The notes under the pieces are model-generated. The model searched no databases, was not told the origin of the DNA, and saw only the letters and a program-made list of their open reading frames with translations. This document shows positions 50,825 to 62,744 of a stretch of DNA of 64,000 nt, one piece after another; the first letter of the stretch is position 1, and the number at the start of each line of letters is the position of its first letter. Made by a program: the position numbers and the translations under genes. Source of the DNA: an uncultured Clostridium sp. (lineage in GTDB: Bacteria; Bacillota; Clostridia; TANB77; CAG-508); contig CANPFO010000001.1 in assembly GCA_947573555.1 (NCBI GenBank), positions 11,264 to 75,263 on the forward strand, written 5' to 3'.

Positions 50825-51706
50825 TTATGCTCTTGGATGAGCTTTTTGATATATATTTTTTAGTCCTTCATCTTGAAATTGCATATAAACTTGTGTTGAT
50901 GAAATATCTGAATGTCCAAGCATTGTTTGTATTGCCTTTAAATCTGCTCCATTTTGTAATAAGTGTGTAGCAAATGAATGTCTTAAAACATGTGGTGTAA
51001 TATCTTTTGTTATGTGAGCTTGTTCTTTATAATATTTTATTATTTTCCAGAATCCTTGTCTTGTTAATCTTTGTCCATTAATATTTACAAATAAAGCATT
51101 TTCTTTTTCATCTTTTATCAATATTCCTCTTGCACTATCTACATACTCTTCTAATGCTTTTAATGACATCTTTCCTAATGGTATTATTCTTTGTTTATTT
51201 GCTTTTTTACAGTTTACACAACCATCTTTAAAATTAATATCATCTATATCCAAAGATATTATTTCTGTAACTCTCATTCCTGTTGCATAAGCAAACTCTA
51301 ACATTGCTTTATCTCTAATTCCCTTTAAGTCTATATCTTTTGGTTGTTCCAACAATAATTCAACCTCTTTTGATGTTAATACACATGGAACTCTTTTTTC
51401 TATTTTGGGTGATTGTATACTTCTTGTAGGATCTTCTTTTACTTTTCCTTTTTTTAATACATATTGATAAAATGATCTAATTGATGCTATACATCTTGAA
51501 ATAGTTGAAGGCTTTTTTCCTAGTTCTTCTAAATATTCTATATAATTTGTCATTACTTCTTCATCTACTTTATTATATGGAACTTCACATCCCTCTATAT
51601 ATCTTCTGAATTGTTTTAAATCTCTTTTGTATGATTGTAATGTATTATTTGATAATTTTTTATCAGCTTCTAAAAATTCAAAAAAAAGTTTTAATTGTTT
51701 TTCCAT
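50825..51706 (-). CDS. xerD: Tyrosine recombinase XerD-like
   Basis: R..HxxR..Y catalytic residues (HVLRHSFATHLL, LGHSDISSTQVY) and an N-terminal SAM-like domain. Confidence 0.8.
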   Translation of the reverse strand: MEKQLKLFFEFLEADKKLSNNTLQSYKRDLKQFRRYIEGCEVPYNKVDEEVMTNYIEYLEELGKKPSTISRCIASIRSFYQYVLKKGKVKEDPTRSIQSPKIEKRVPCVLTSKEVELLLEQPKDIDLKGIRDKAMLEFAYATGMRVTEIISLDIDDINFKDGCVNCKKANKQRIIPLGKMSLKALEEYVDSARGILIKDEKENALFVNINGQRLTRQGFWKIIKYYKEQAHITKDITPHVLRHSFATHLLQNGADLKAIQTMLGHSDISSTQVYMQFQDEGLKNIYQKAHPRA

Positions 51707-51791
51707 TTTCCCTACCCCTATATCAAAATATTTTATTTACATAAATTATGTATATGTTATATCAAACAATCTATAAAAAGTAAAGACATTT

Positions 51792-52430
51792 TTAAAAATA
51801 TTTTATAATTTTTTTTAAAATATTTGTAGAAAAAAATATTTCCACAATTCCAGCTATACACAAAGCTCCAATCATAATTATTGAAAAGATAGTATGTCTT
51901 AATAATTCAATTTTTATGTTATCTCTATTCCTATTTTTAACTATTGATTTATATAACTTAAATCCACTAACCCCAATTGCTATAATTGCAGGAATTAATA
52001 TTATATTTTGTAATAATAAACTACTAAGAACAAAAGCTATTCCTTTTCCAATTCCCATTGTTACTATTATAGATGATATAGTATATCCCAAGCAAAATCC
52101 TCTATACAAAATAATTCCAAACACTATTGGTATACCAATTACTGTAGTTCCGAAAAACCATAATGTAATAGCCAAAATTATATTTTCAAAAATAGTCGTT
52201 TTTAAAATTTCAAAATTATTTATTTGTTCTATACTTTTTAATTTTTCTATAAATTCATTCAAATATGTCTTTATTTCAGACAATTGAGCCTCTTGGGCGC
52301 TATTTATAAACATCACTCCTAAAAATATTCCCACTATAAAAACTAATGAAACTAAAATGTATTCTTTACTATTACTTGCTATATGTTTATAAACTATATC
52401 CTTTATTCTTAGACCATTATTTTTCTTCAT
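51792..52430 (-). CDS. spoIIM: Stage II sporulation protein M
   Basis: 212 aa with 5 TM segments; SpoIIM family topology and xerD adjacency, as in clostridia. Confidence 0.7.
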   Translation of the reverse strand: MKKNNGLRIKDIVYKHIASNSKEYILVSLVFIVGIFLGVMFINSAQEAQLSEIKTYLNEFIEKLKSIEQINNFEILKTTIFENIILAITLWFFGTTVIGIPIVFGIILYRGFCLGYTISSIIVTMGIGKGIAFVLSSLLLQNIILIPAIIAIGVSGFKLYKSIVKNRNRDNIKIELLRHTIFSIIMIGALCIAGIVEIFFSTNILKKIIKYF

Positions 52431-52519
52431 AAAAATCCCCTCGTCAATACACTTTTATACATAATGTGTATTCGATAAGGAGATTTTTAGAACTATTTAA
52501 TCCTTTATTTTTATATTTA

Positions 52520-52580
52520 TATGTATACAAAATTCGACAAAATCATTGAGACAAACATAACCTGTCCCAACTGTCTCATA
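52520..52580. repeat. tgagaca...tgtctca palindromic unit with adjacent ttcgacaaaa; supplies the stop codon of the 52576-53763 gene
   Basis: tgagacaaacataacctgtcccaactgtctca. Confidence 0.65.
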
Positions 52581-53763
52581 TTATTTTGCCATAGTTTCCG
52601 CCTCCGCCAGATTGAACTTTAGCATTTCCTGTTCTTGCTTTTTCAATTGCTATCGCTACTTTTTGTCCCACTACTGCTTCTATATCATCTTTTGAAAGTT
52701 TATGTAGAATGTTCATTTCAGTTTCAAATGTTTTTAGTAACTTCTCAATTGTTTTTCCGCCAACTCCTGGTACAAATCCAAGTGGTACTTGATATATATA
52801 TGGCGGTCTATTTTTAGGGCTTCTGGTTTCTTTTTTATCTCTTATTAATTCTATTCTGTCAAATACTCCAAAAGTGACTTTATCACTTCCACACATTGGA
52901 CAAATTGATATTGGTTCTTTTGTTTCTATTACATTGTTACAATTGTCACAAAATGTTCTATGATATTTTCCAAGTTTGGGGTCTAATCCATAGTTTGAAA
53001 TTATTTTTCTTCCGTCTTCATTTTTTAATGCTTTTACTACTTCTTTAAATGATATATCTTCTACCTGCATTTTATTGTATTCTCTTGCTATTTTTGGTAG
53101 AGAATGAGCATCTGAATTTGTTAAAAATGTTTTATTCTCTAGTTCAGATATTTCATCTGCTAAAAATGTGTCTGAACTTAATCCTAATTCTACTGCAAAT
53201 ATCTTATCAAATTTTTCTTTAAATATATTTTTTATTCTATCTGTGCAATTTCCATAATAGCTTTTAAATGGTGTAAATATATGTGCTGGTATTAATATTC
53301 CATTATATTTCTCTACTATGTCTATTAACTCATATCCAGATATATCTGACCTTTGAGTACTTAATGTTATATTTTTTATATGATTACTCATTTCTTTTGA
53401 AAATGCTTTTATATCTTTTAGATATGGAAAAAAACAGATATTATGTGCTGCTCCACATTTTCCATTTCTTCCTACTTCTGAAGTTTCTACTTCACTTCCT
53501 AATAAAATACATACTTTATCTTTGTATATTATTCCTCCATCTTCTAGTTCATATGCTTCTCCCATTTCTAAAAAGTTTTCTATGTCTTCTATTACATATG
53601 GTGATGCACAGTCTATTATTCCTACTATGTTTATTCCTTTTCTTTCAGCACATTCTCTTGCAATATTAGCAAAGTTTAAGCTCTTTGCTGCTGTTATCTT
53701 AACTGGTTTTCCACTTTCTGTTCTTCCTATGTGCACATGTAAGTCTGCAAATACTTCGTACAT
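52576..53763 (-). CDS. PHP-domain protein with C-terminal zinc ribbon, endonuclease-Q-like (TIGR00375-type)
   Basis: DLHVHIGRT PHP motif, a Cys4 ribbon (CDNC...CPMCG), and a C-terminal HhH-like PLGFVPGVGGKTIEKL. Confidence 0.55.
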   Translation of the reverse strand: MYEVFADLHVHIGRTESGKPVKITAAKSLNFANIARECAERKGINIVGIIDCASPYVIEDIENFLEMGEAYELEDGGIIYKDKVCILLGSEVETSEVGRNGKCGAAHNICFFPYLKDIKAFSKEMSNHIKNITLSTQRSDISGYELIDIVEKYNGILIPAHIFTPFKSYYGNCTDRIKNIFKEKFDKIFAVELGLSSDTFLADEISELENKTFLTNSDAHSLPKIAREYNKMQVEDISFKEVVKALKNEDGRKIISNYGLDPKLGKYHRTFCDNCNNVIETKEPISICPMCGSDKVTFGVFDRIELIRDKKETRSPKNRPPYIYQVPLGFVPGVGGKTIEKLLKTFETEMNILHKLSKDDIEAVVGQKVAIAIEKARTGNAKVQSGGGGNYGKII

Positions 53764-53779
53764 TTCTTTTCCCCTTTTA

Positions 53780-54598
53780 TTAATAATTTGTTACTGTTTG
53801 GTTTTCTCTTTCTTCTATGCTTTTTAATATTTTATTTGTTGTTTCTTCTGTAAATAAAGGTCTTGTACTCTTTATACTCTCTTTTTCCTTAAACATTTCT
53901 TCTTTTACTTTTTTATATCTCTTTTCTATTAATGAGTCTATTTGTGGTTCAAAATTGTTTATTATTCTCTTTATAAAATCTACTAGTTCATCCGTTTCAT
54001 TATACATTTTGGCTAGCTTTTTTAAAGCTTTTACTTCAACAAATTCACCCATATTTATTTCTTGTAACATTTCAATAAATTGTGAAAATGTTTCTGCATA
54101 TCTATTGTATTTGTTTTTTAAGTTTCTATGTATTAGTAAAACCATTGCTTCATCTGGTTCAAATCCTATTCTTTCTGCTCTATCTAATATCATTCCTCCA
54201 AATTGTTCTACTAATTCAAGGATGTCACTTTCTTTTTCCCTTGGATTGCTTCCACTATATCTATTTAATTCTTCACATATTTTGCAGAATCTTTTATCAA
54301 ATCCTAATGTTTCTAAATAGTCTGATCCTTTTTTGGCATAGGATCTTATCTCTTCTAAGTCTCTTACATTTTCTACTTTTTTGCAATTACATAGTAAACA
54401 TGCTGTTAATACCATATTTTCATCTAAGTCTAGCTTATTATATTTTAAAAATAGTCTTGCCAATTCTGTTTTTATTATTACTGCTTTATCAAAATAAATT
54501 TTCTGTTTTTTTGATAAGTAATATACTATTTCCATTTTTGCTGATAGTTCTTTTTCATTTAATATATATTCTGCAAATGTATCCATTAATTCATACAT
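53780..54598 (-). CDS. Hypothetical protein (272 aa), mostly alpha-helical
   Basis: ORF with an upstream TGTCGAA motif. No family signature that I can name. Confidence 0.4.
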   Translation of the reverse strand: MYELMDTFAEYILNEKELSAKMEIVYYLSKKQKIYFDKAVIIKTELARLFLKYNKLDLDENMVLTACLLCNCKKVENVRDLEEIRSYAKKGSDYLETLGFDKRFCKICEELNRYSGSNPREKESDILELVEQFGGMILDRAERIGFEPDEAMVLLIHRNLKNKYNRYAETFSQFIEMLQEINMGEFVEVKALKKLAKMYNETDELVDFIKRIINNFEPQIDSLIEKRYKKVKEEMFKEKESIKSTRPLFTEETTNKILKSIEERENQTVTNY

Positions 54599-54758
54599 CC
54601 TTCCGTATTTTTATTTCTTTTGTGCAATATCTATACAATTTTATTATAAATTATCACTTGATTTTTTTCAACGTTTTTGTCGAAATATAATATTACATTT
54701 TTATTACATCCTTACAATTCACAGCTAAAATTTATATTTGCTAAAGAGCTGGATAATT

Positions 54759-55193
54759 TTATAAATTTCTTATCGCATTTCTTGCTAATTCATCACACCT
54801 ATTATTAAACTCATTGTCACTATGCCCTTTTACCTTTATAAATTTTACATTATGAACTTTTGTTAAATTATAAATTTCCTGCCATATCTCTTTATTTTTT
54901 ACTGGTTCTTTACTAGCTGTTTGCCAATTGTTTTTTTGCCAATTATAAATCCATCCTTGTGAAAAACCATTAACTAAATATGCACTATCACTATATAATT
55001 CAACTTCACATGGAAATTTTAATAGTTTTAGTCCTTCTAATGCCGCTGTAAGTTCCATTATATTATTCGTTGTATTTTTTTGCCCGCCTGAAATCTCCTT
55101 TTTTGTATCTTTGTACATTAATATAGCTCCCCAGCCTCCAGGTCCTGGATTTCCTGAACATGCTCCATCTGTATATATTATTACTTTTTCCAT
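54759..55193 (-). CDS. rnhA: Ribonuclease HI
   Basis: [25 protein letters not shown] and the DEDD catalytic residues. Confidence 0.9.
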   Translation of the reverse strand: MEKVIIYTDGACSGNPGPGGWGAILMYKDTKKEISGGQKNTTNNIMELTAALEGLKLLKFPCEVELYSDSAYLVNGFSQGWIYNWQKNNWQTASKEPVKNKEIWQEIYNLTKVHNVKFIKVKGHSDNEFNNRCDELARNAIRNL

Positions 55194-55283
55194 AATACTC
55201 TCTCCTTGTGTTTTTGGTTATTTTATGGTATTATATCAATATAATTATTTTTTAACAAGTGATTTTTTAAGTTTAAACATTTA

Positions 55284-55617
55284 GTAACGTTGTTCCTAGG
55301 TTCAATACCATTATTATATAAAAAATATATATGGTAAATTCGTTCATTTCACTAAAAAGAAGTTGTAATATAAGAAGCTAGAGCCTCTTTCACTCAGGCT
55401 AAAAAGTTATATTATATTCCTTTTGAATTAAATATGATTTAGAACTTCTAAGCAATGTAGGAAGCCGAGTTATGAAATGAAAAAGGACTATAATATAACT
55501 TTTTCCCGTGAACATTCCTCTGCTTCTTATATAACAACTTCTATTTGTCGTTCCAATCAATCATTACCATATATATTTTTTATATAATAATGGTATTGAA
55601 CCTAGGAACAACACTAC
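55284..55617. repeat. Palindromic MITE-like repeat, copy C (~335 bp; ~50-bp TIR gtagtgttgttcctaggttcaatacc...)
   Basis: Terminal inverted repeats. The interior is the reverse complement of the 33000-33370 core (agaagttgtaatataagaag, cactcaggctaaaaag, ttttcccgtgaaca). Confidence 0.75.
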
Positions 55618-55659
55618 AAAATGCAAAAGCTTAAATACACAAAGAAAGCAGGTTTATTT

Positions 55660-56898
55660 ATGAGTAAAGTTTTAGGAATTATAGCAGAATACAATCCATT
55701 TCATAATGGGCATTTATATCATTTAGAAAGCTCTAAAAAATTGACTAATTGTGAATACACAATAGCTATTATAACTGGAAATTTTACTCAAAGAGGTTCT
55801 ACTTCTATAATAGATAAATGGGAAAAAACAAAAGCAGCTTTATCTAATGGTATTGATTTAGTTATTGAATTGCCATTATTGTATTCTATATCAAGTGCTG
55901 AAAACTTTGCTGATGGAGCAATAAAAATTCTAAATTCACTTAATATTGTTGACTATTTATCATTTGGAACAGAAACTAAAGATATAAACATTTTAGATGA
56001 TATTGCAAATGTTTTGTATAATGAACCTAAACAATACAAGAGCCTATTATTAGACGAATTAAAGAAAGGTCTGTCATTTCCCAAAGCACGTGAAAATGCT
56101 TTATTAAATTATTTAAATGATTTTAATAAATATTCAAATGTATTATCTAATCCTAATAATATTTTAGGTATTGAATATTTAAAGGCTTTAAAGAAATATA
56201 AAAGTACTATAAATCCAATTTGTATTCCTAGATTTGAAACTAGTTATAATAGTATAAACTTTTCAAATAACTTTGCTAGTGCTACTGCAATTAGAAATCT
56301 TATTAAAAATAATAGATTTAATGAAATTAAAGACTTAATACCAAATAGTACATATTCTATTTTACTAGAAAACTTTAACAAGGGGCATATTATTCCTGAC
56401 CTAAATGTTTTTGAAAAAGAAATAATGTATGTTCTAAGAAAAATGAAAATTGAAGAAATATATGATTTACCTGATGTATCTGAAGGTTTGGAATTTACAA
56501 TTAAGAATGCCGTAAACTCTTGTAATACTATTTGTGAATCAACAGATTTAATAAAGTCTAAACGATATACTTTGTCTAGAATTAATCGTATTTTTCTATA
56601 TGCTTTACTTGATATTAATAAAAAAGATATGAATCTTTCCAAAAATACTTTGCCTTATATTAGAGTTCTAGGTTTTAATGAACAAGGCAAAAGTTTACTT
56701 TCTAAAGTTTCTAAGAATAATCCTAGCTTAAATATTGTTACTTCTGTTAAAAAGTTTATTGATACTACTAACGAGAATTTAAAGAACATTATTGAAAAAG
56801 ACATTTTTGCTTCTAATGTTTATTCTCTTGGTTTTAAAAGCACTTCAATAAGCAATTTAGATTTTAGAAATAGACTAATAAAAGGAGAAAAGCTCTAA
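55660..56898 (+). CDS. tmcAL: tRNA(Met) cytidine acetate ligase TmcAL (UPF0348/YlbM family)
   Basis: VLGIIAEYNPFHNGHLYHL nucleotidyltransferase motif. The track start lies inside repeat C; the likely start is ATG 55660. Confidence 0.75.
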   Translation: MSKVLGIIAEYNPFHNGHLYHLESSKKLTNCEYTIAIITGNFTQRGSTSIIDKWEKTKAALSNGIDLVIELPLLYSISSAENFADGAIKILNSLNIVDYLSFGTETKDINILDDIANVLYNEPKQYKSLLLDELKKGLSFPKARENALLNYLNDFNKYSNVLSNPNNILGIEYLKALKKYKSTINPICIPRFETSYNSINFSNNFASATAIRNLIKNNRFNEIKDLIPNSTYSILLENFNKGHIIPDLNVFEKEIMYVLRKMKIEEIYDLPDVSEGLEFTIKNAVNSCNTICESTDLIKSKRYTLSRINRIFLYALLDINKKDMNLSKNTLPYIRVLGFNEQGKSLLSKVSKNNPSLNIVTSVKKFIDTTNENLKNIIEKDIFASNVYSLGFKSTSISNLDFRNRLIKGEKL

Positions 56899-56920
56899 AC
56901 TTCTCTCCTTTTATTGTAGT

Positions 56921-57847
56921 TTATAATGCTCCAATATCTTGTAATATAATTTTTTTATATTCAGAAATAGTCCCTGATGTAATATTATTATATAAAATCA
57001 TCTCATAATTACAATATATATACTCAAATGCTGAATTTTCAAACCAACTCCATTCTGTTTTGCCCTCTGTGCCTTGGTTTGTTATATTTAATATTATGTT
57101 TTCATTATTTTTTATTGTATTCCATTTTCCGTCTGAATATTTATAATACATTCCGCTAATAGAATTTACTGGTTTATAATGACATGGCATTTGAAAATAT
57201 TTCTTTGTATTATCATCTGCATAATGTCTCATTGCATACATTTTATTATTACTTAAAAAGAAATATTCGCTCCCATTATATCTAAAATATAAATAGTAAC
57301 TATAATTTTTAGAATAATTTAATGAGTCTAAATGTTGTATTTTTATTGTATTAGAATTAGTATTTGTTCCCTCTATTATATTATTATTTTTATCTTTCAC
57401 AGTTACTTTTATATTATAATTTGTGCCTTGTGTTAATCCTTCAAATGTATATTGTTTGTTTGTTCCAATATAACTAGGAATTTCTGGATATTTTTCTTCT
57501 TGGCTACTTTTAATATAATAACTATATTGAGAATCTTGTGGTATCATATTTTCTTCATCATTTACTAATATATTTACTTTTATGCTTACGCTAGTGGCAT
57601 TTTCTATATTTACTATTATTTGAGGTTTCTTTTTTTCTGTAGTCATATACTCATTCATTGTATTTTCATAATCTTTCAATATTGAATTTTCTAAATTCTG
57701 TGATTCTTTCGTTTTCTCTTCTGCTTTTCTCGCTTTTTTAAATATCCCACTTTCTGTTAATTGTACTATTGATATCCCTGCTAAAATTAATAAAATAATT
57801 ATTGTAATTACTAGTGCAACTAATGTTATGCCCCTATTATTCTTCAT
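56921..57847 (-). CDS. Pilin-like protein (308 aa) with prepilin-type N-terminus and a large, probably beta-rich, C-terminal domain
   Basis: MKNNRGITLVALVITIIILLILAGISIVQLTESG, near-identical to the N-terminus of the 41565-41786 protein. Confidence 0.5.
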   Translation of the reverse strand: MKNNRGITLVALVITIIILLILAGISIVQLTESGIFKKARKAEEKTKESQNLENSILKDYENTMNEYMTTEKKKPQIIVNIENATSVSIKVNILVNDEENMIPQDSQYSYYIKSSQEEKYPEIPSYIGTNKQYTFEGLTQGTNYNIKVTVKDKNNNIIEGTNTNSNTIKIQHLDSLNYSKNYSYYLYFRYNGSEYFFLSNNKMYAMRHYADDNTKKYFQMPCHYKPVNSISGMYYKYSDGKWNTIKNNENIILNITNQGTEGKTEWSWFENSAFEYIYCNYEMILYNNITSGTISEYKKIILQDIGAL

Positions 57848-57951
57848 ATCTTATCTTCTCCTTTGTTTTTTATTATTTGTATTTGTACAAATATTATACT
57901 TGATTCATATTATATACTATATTAACTTTTATATTTTATCAATACATTTCA

Positions 57952-57987
57952 TAAAAAAAAGTATGCTATTTGCATACTTTTTTTATA
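57952..57987. terminator. Bidirectional terminator
   Basis: aaaaaaaagtatgctatttgcatacttttttt. Confidence 0.6.
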
Positions 57988-58223
57988 ACAACTAATTTCA
58001 AATTAACAATCTCTTTATTAATTATTGTGTAATTATAAAAGGAGAATATATATATCATTTTTGTAATAATTCTTTATAATTATTTAATAATTTTCCATTT
58101 TTAGAATATTCACATATTAAGTCATAATATTTCACAGAGCTATGTTCCATTTTCCTTGGAATTGTGCTTCCTATAATTCCACTGACAAATAGATAAATAC
58201 TTACATTTGAACTATAATATCCA

Positions 58224-59424
<1,201 letters not shown>

Positions 59425-59601
59425 ATTTATTCCTCTCTTTCTAATATATCTAACTTATTGTATAACATATTATTTTATTAGTCAACAAAATTAACAAAAT
59501 TTATAAAGTTTTACTTTATGTTATCTAATCCTATATAACATAAAAGATAGCTCCTCTAATCTTTATTTCAGATTAAAATTCACTATCTCCTTATTAAATA
59601 C

Positions 59602-62169
59602 TTATTGTGTAATCCATTTTACTAAATTTAAATTTTCAGAATCTAATATCATTTCATTCTTTGGCATAACTCTAAAAGTATAACCATAATTACCACCTGT
59701 TTTTAATTCAATCTTTGTAGAATATTCATAAACTTTTTCTTCATGATTTTCATTGTCTAACTTCATAGGAATAATACTAACATTCTCAACAACACCATTG
59801 TCTAATATCTTTCCATAATAACATTCTACATTAATATTACTAACATCAACATTAGGTAGTTTTACCTCACATCTAACCTCTATATTATTTCCTGCATCCA
59901 TAGTAATATTGTTCAAATTATTCTTTTGAGTAATTTTTATATCTTTCCAATTTACATATAAACTCTTTTTCCACAAATTAAATTCTGCAACATTGTCAAC
60001 ATTTTCGTAATACTTTTTAGTTAAGTTGCACAAAGGCATATATAAATTATTTGTATAATCAACTAACATTCTAGCTGTACTATATTTTCCACCTGTTGAT
60101 ATTATAGAATTCTTCATAACAGTCATCCAGTTTTCAGATATTCCATCTTTATCTTTTTTATAATAAGTTGGTATTATCTTTTCTTCTAATGTACGATAAA
60201 TACTTTGACTATCAGCTATATCTTGTTCTTCATAAGAACTGTACTCTGCATTTGTTCCAATTGTCCAACCATTTTTCTGATCATAACCTTCAGCCCACCA
60301 TCCATCTAGTACACTAAAGTTTACAACTCCATTTACAGAAGCTTTTTGTCCACTTGTTCCAGATGCTTCCATTGGTCTTCTCGGATTATTTAACCATACA
60401 TCAACACCACTTACTAAATATTTAGACATTGCTATATTATAATTTTCTAATAAGAATATTTTTCCTTTAAATTGTGGCATCATTGATATTTCGTGTATTC
60501 GTTTTATTAAATCTTGTCCTTCTTTATCTGCTGGATGAGCTTTTCCCGCAAATATTAATTGAACAGGCATTTCTTGATTATTTAAAATTTGTGTTATTCT
60601 TTCTAAGTCTTTGAATATTAATGTTGCTCTTTTATATGTAGCAAATCTTCTTGCAAATCCAATTGTCAAAGCATTTGGATTTAGTTTTGATACTATATCA
60701 TTAATTTCCTCGTAATTATATCCACATCTTCTTAATCTATCTGTTGTGCTTATTTTTACTAAATTCAATAGTTTTTCTTTTCTTTGTTGATGTACTTTCC
60801 ACAATTCTTCATTTGGAATATCATTTATTTTTTTCCAAACTTCATCATTATGAATTTGATCTTGCCAATATGGTATTAAATATTTGTTATATAATTTTTT
60901 CATAGTAGGTGCAAGCCACGTACATGTATGAATTCCGTTTGTTACATATGTTATAGGCGATTCATTTGCTGCTATTTCTGGCCATACATCTCCAAAAAGC
61001 TCTCTTGATACAGCTCCATGTAATTTACTTACTCCATTTTTCTTTCCTGCAACTTTAAGTGCAAATATTCCCATATTAAAACCTGGTTCCAATTCTATTC
61101 CAGGTTTCATTCCTAGTTTTAAAAATTCTTCTCTATCTAATCCTAGTCTTGGCCAAAATTCTTTAAAATATTTTTCTACTAAATGTATTGGAAATATATC
61201 ATTTCCAGCTGGAACTGGTGTATGTGTTGTAAATACAGTTTTGGAACTTGCTATGTCTTTTGCTACTTCAAAAGAAACTTTCTTTTCTTTTATTATATTT
61301 TTAATTAATTCTAGTATTAAAAATGCCGAATGACCTTCATTCATATGATATACAGTTGGTTTTAGTTTTAAAGCTCTTGTTAATAAATTAGTTCCTCCCA
61401 TACCAAGTACAATTTCTTGTTTTATTCTCATTTCTTGGTCTCCACCATATAGCTTTAAAGTTACTTCTCTATCTTCTTGTATATTTTTGTCTATATCTGA
61501 ATCTAATAAATATAGTTTTATTCTTCCAACATTTACTTGCCATACTTTTAAATATACATCTCTTTTTTCGAATTTAACATTTATTATTAATTCTTCACCA
61601 TTTTCATCTTTTACTGGATTTATAGGTAAATTACTTAACTCTATATTTTGATATTCATTTTGTTGTTCACCATATCCATTTATTTTTTGATTAAAATAAC
61701 CATTTTTATATAGTAATCCTACTGCTACTAAAGGAATTCCTAAATCACTAGCAGACTTTAAATGATCACCTGATAATATTCCAAGTCCTCCTGAATATAT
61801 AGGAATTGTTCTATCTAATCCATATTCTGCTGAAAAATACGCTATTAAATCCTTTTTATTGTCAGTAAAATTATTTGAGAACCATGTATTTTTGCTACTT
61901 ATATAATCTTCAAATTCCTTTGTTAAGTTATCATATTGTTTTAAAAATTCTATATTATTTGAAATTTCTTCTAATCTTTCTTGTGATACAAGTTTTAAAA
62001 ACTTCACAGGATTTTTCTCGCATGTTTCCCATAAATCTTTGTCTATCATTTGAAATAATTTTAAAAAGTCTGTATTCCATGACCACCATAAGTTATTAGA
62101 TACTTCCGCTAATTTTTCAATTCTTTTTGGTAATTGTGGATTTACCGTTATTTTATTAAATATGTACAT
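59602..62169 (-). CDS. glgP: Alpha-glucan (glycogen/maltodextrin) phosphorylase, GT35, DUF3417-type with C-terminal beta-rich extension
   Basis: N-terminal PQLPKRIEKLAEVSNNLWWSW, a pyridoxal-phosphate lysine region (NGVVNFSVLDGWW), ~850 aa. The likely start is MYIFNKI after aaggagg. Confidence 0.85.
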   Translation of the reverse strand: MYIFNKITVNPQLPKRIEKLAEVSNNLWWSWNTDFLKLFQMIDKDLWETCEKNPVKFLKLVSQERLEEISNNIEFLKQYDNLTKEFEDYISSKNTWFSNNFTDNKKDLIAYFSAEYGLDRTIPIYSGGLGILSGDHLKSASDLGIPLVAVGLLYKNGYFNQKINGYGEQQNEYQNIELSNLPINPVKDENGEELIINVKFEKRDVYLKVWQVNVGRIKLYLLDSDIDKNIQEDREVTLKLYGGDQEMRIKQEIVLGMGGTNLLTRALKLKPTVYHMNEGHSAFLILELIKNIIKEKKVSFEVAKDIASSKTVFTTHTPVPAGNDIFPIHLVEKYFKEFWPRLGLDREEFLKLGMKPGIELEPGFNMGIFALKVAGKKNGVSKLHGAVSRELFGDVWPEIAANESPITYVTNGIHTCTWLAPTMKKLYNKYLIPYWQDQIHNDEVWKKINDIPNEELWKVHQQRKEKLLNLVKISTTDRLRRCGYNYEEINDIVSKLNPNALTIGFARRFATYKRATLIFKDLERITQILNNQEMPVQLIFAGKAHPADKEGQDLIKRIHEISMMPQFKGKIFLLENYNIAMSKYLVSGVDVWLNNPRRPMEASGTSGQKASVNGVVNFSVLDGWWAEGYDQKNGWTIGTNAEYSSYEEQDIADSQSIYRTLEEKIIPTYYKKDKDGISENWMTVMKNSIISTGGKYSTARMLVDYTNNLYMPLCNLTKKYYENVDNVAEFNLWKKSLYVNWKDIKITQKNNLNNITMDAGNNIEVRCEVKLPNVDVSNINVECYYGKILDNGVVENVSIIPMKLDNENHEEKVYEYSTKIELKTGGNYGYTFRVMPKNEMILDSENLNLVKWITQ

Positions 62170-62623
62170 TTTATATTTCCTCCTTAGTATTTTAAACATT
62201 ATCTTTCTTCTATTTGTTCATCTTGTTCTTCCTCATAAGTTTTATCAGTTTCTTTTTCATCTTGTTGTACTTTATACTTGTCTTTAAATTCTTTTTGTTC
62301 ATCTTTTTTTGTTTCTTGATTCTGTTCTTGCAATTGCTTATAACGTCTAGTATTTTGACTTGTTGAGCTCTCTCTTTTATATAACTCGTTTGTAGATACA
62401 TTTGTACTAGTTGGTCCTAGTAATTCTCCTGTTTGTTCCGCTTTTGTTAATCCTCTTATAGTATAATAGAAATTCTTTTTTAAATAATTATTTCTTTCAC
62501 TTTTCTTTACTTCTTCAACTATCCCCCTATTATGTTTTTTTTTACATCATTTCCATTTGAATCGGTCATATTTAATACCTTTCTTTTTTATAATTTTTCT
62601 TTTATATTATACTTATAAAAATA

Positions 62624-62662
62624 AAAAAGTACAAGTATTTTTAAAAAACTTGTACTTTTTTC
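62624..62662. terminator. Bidirectional terminator
   Basis: aaaaaagtacaagtatttttaaaaaacttgtactttttt. Confidence 0.55.
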
Positions 62663-62744
62663 TATTGCTAGTTAATGCTTTTTTTTATATAACTGCTTAT
62701 AATAGTTGATATGCTAATATTTTAGCAGCATTAACTAATAAATA

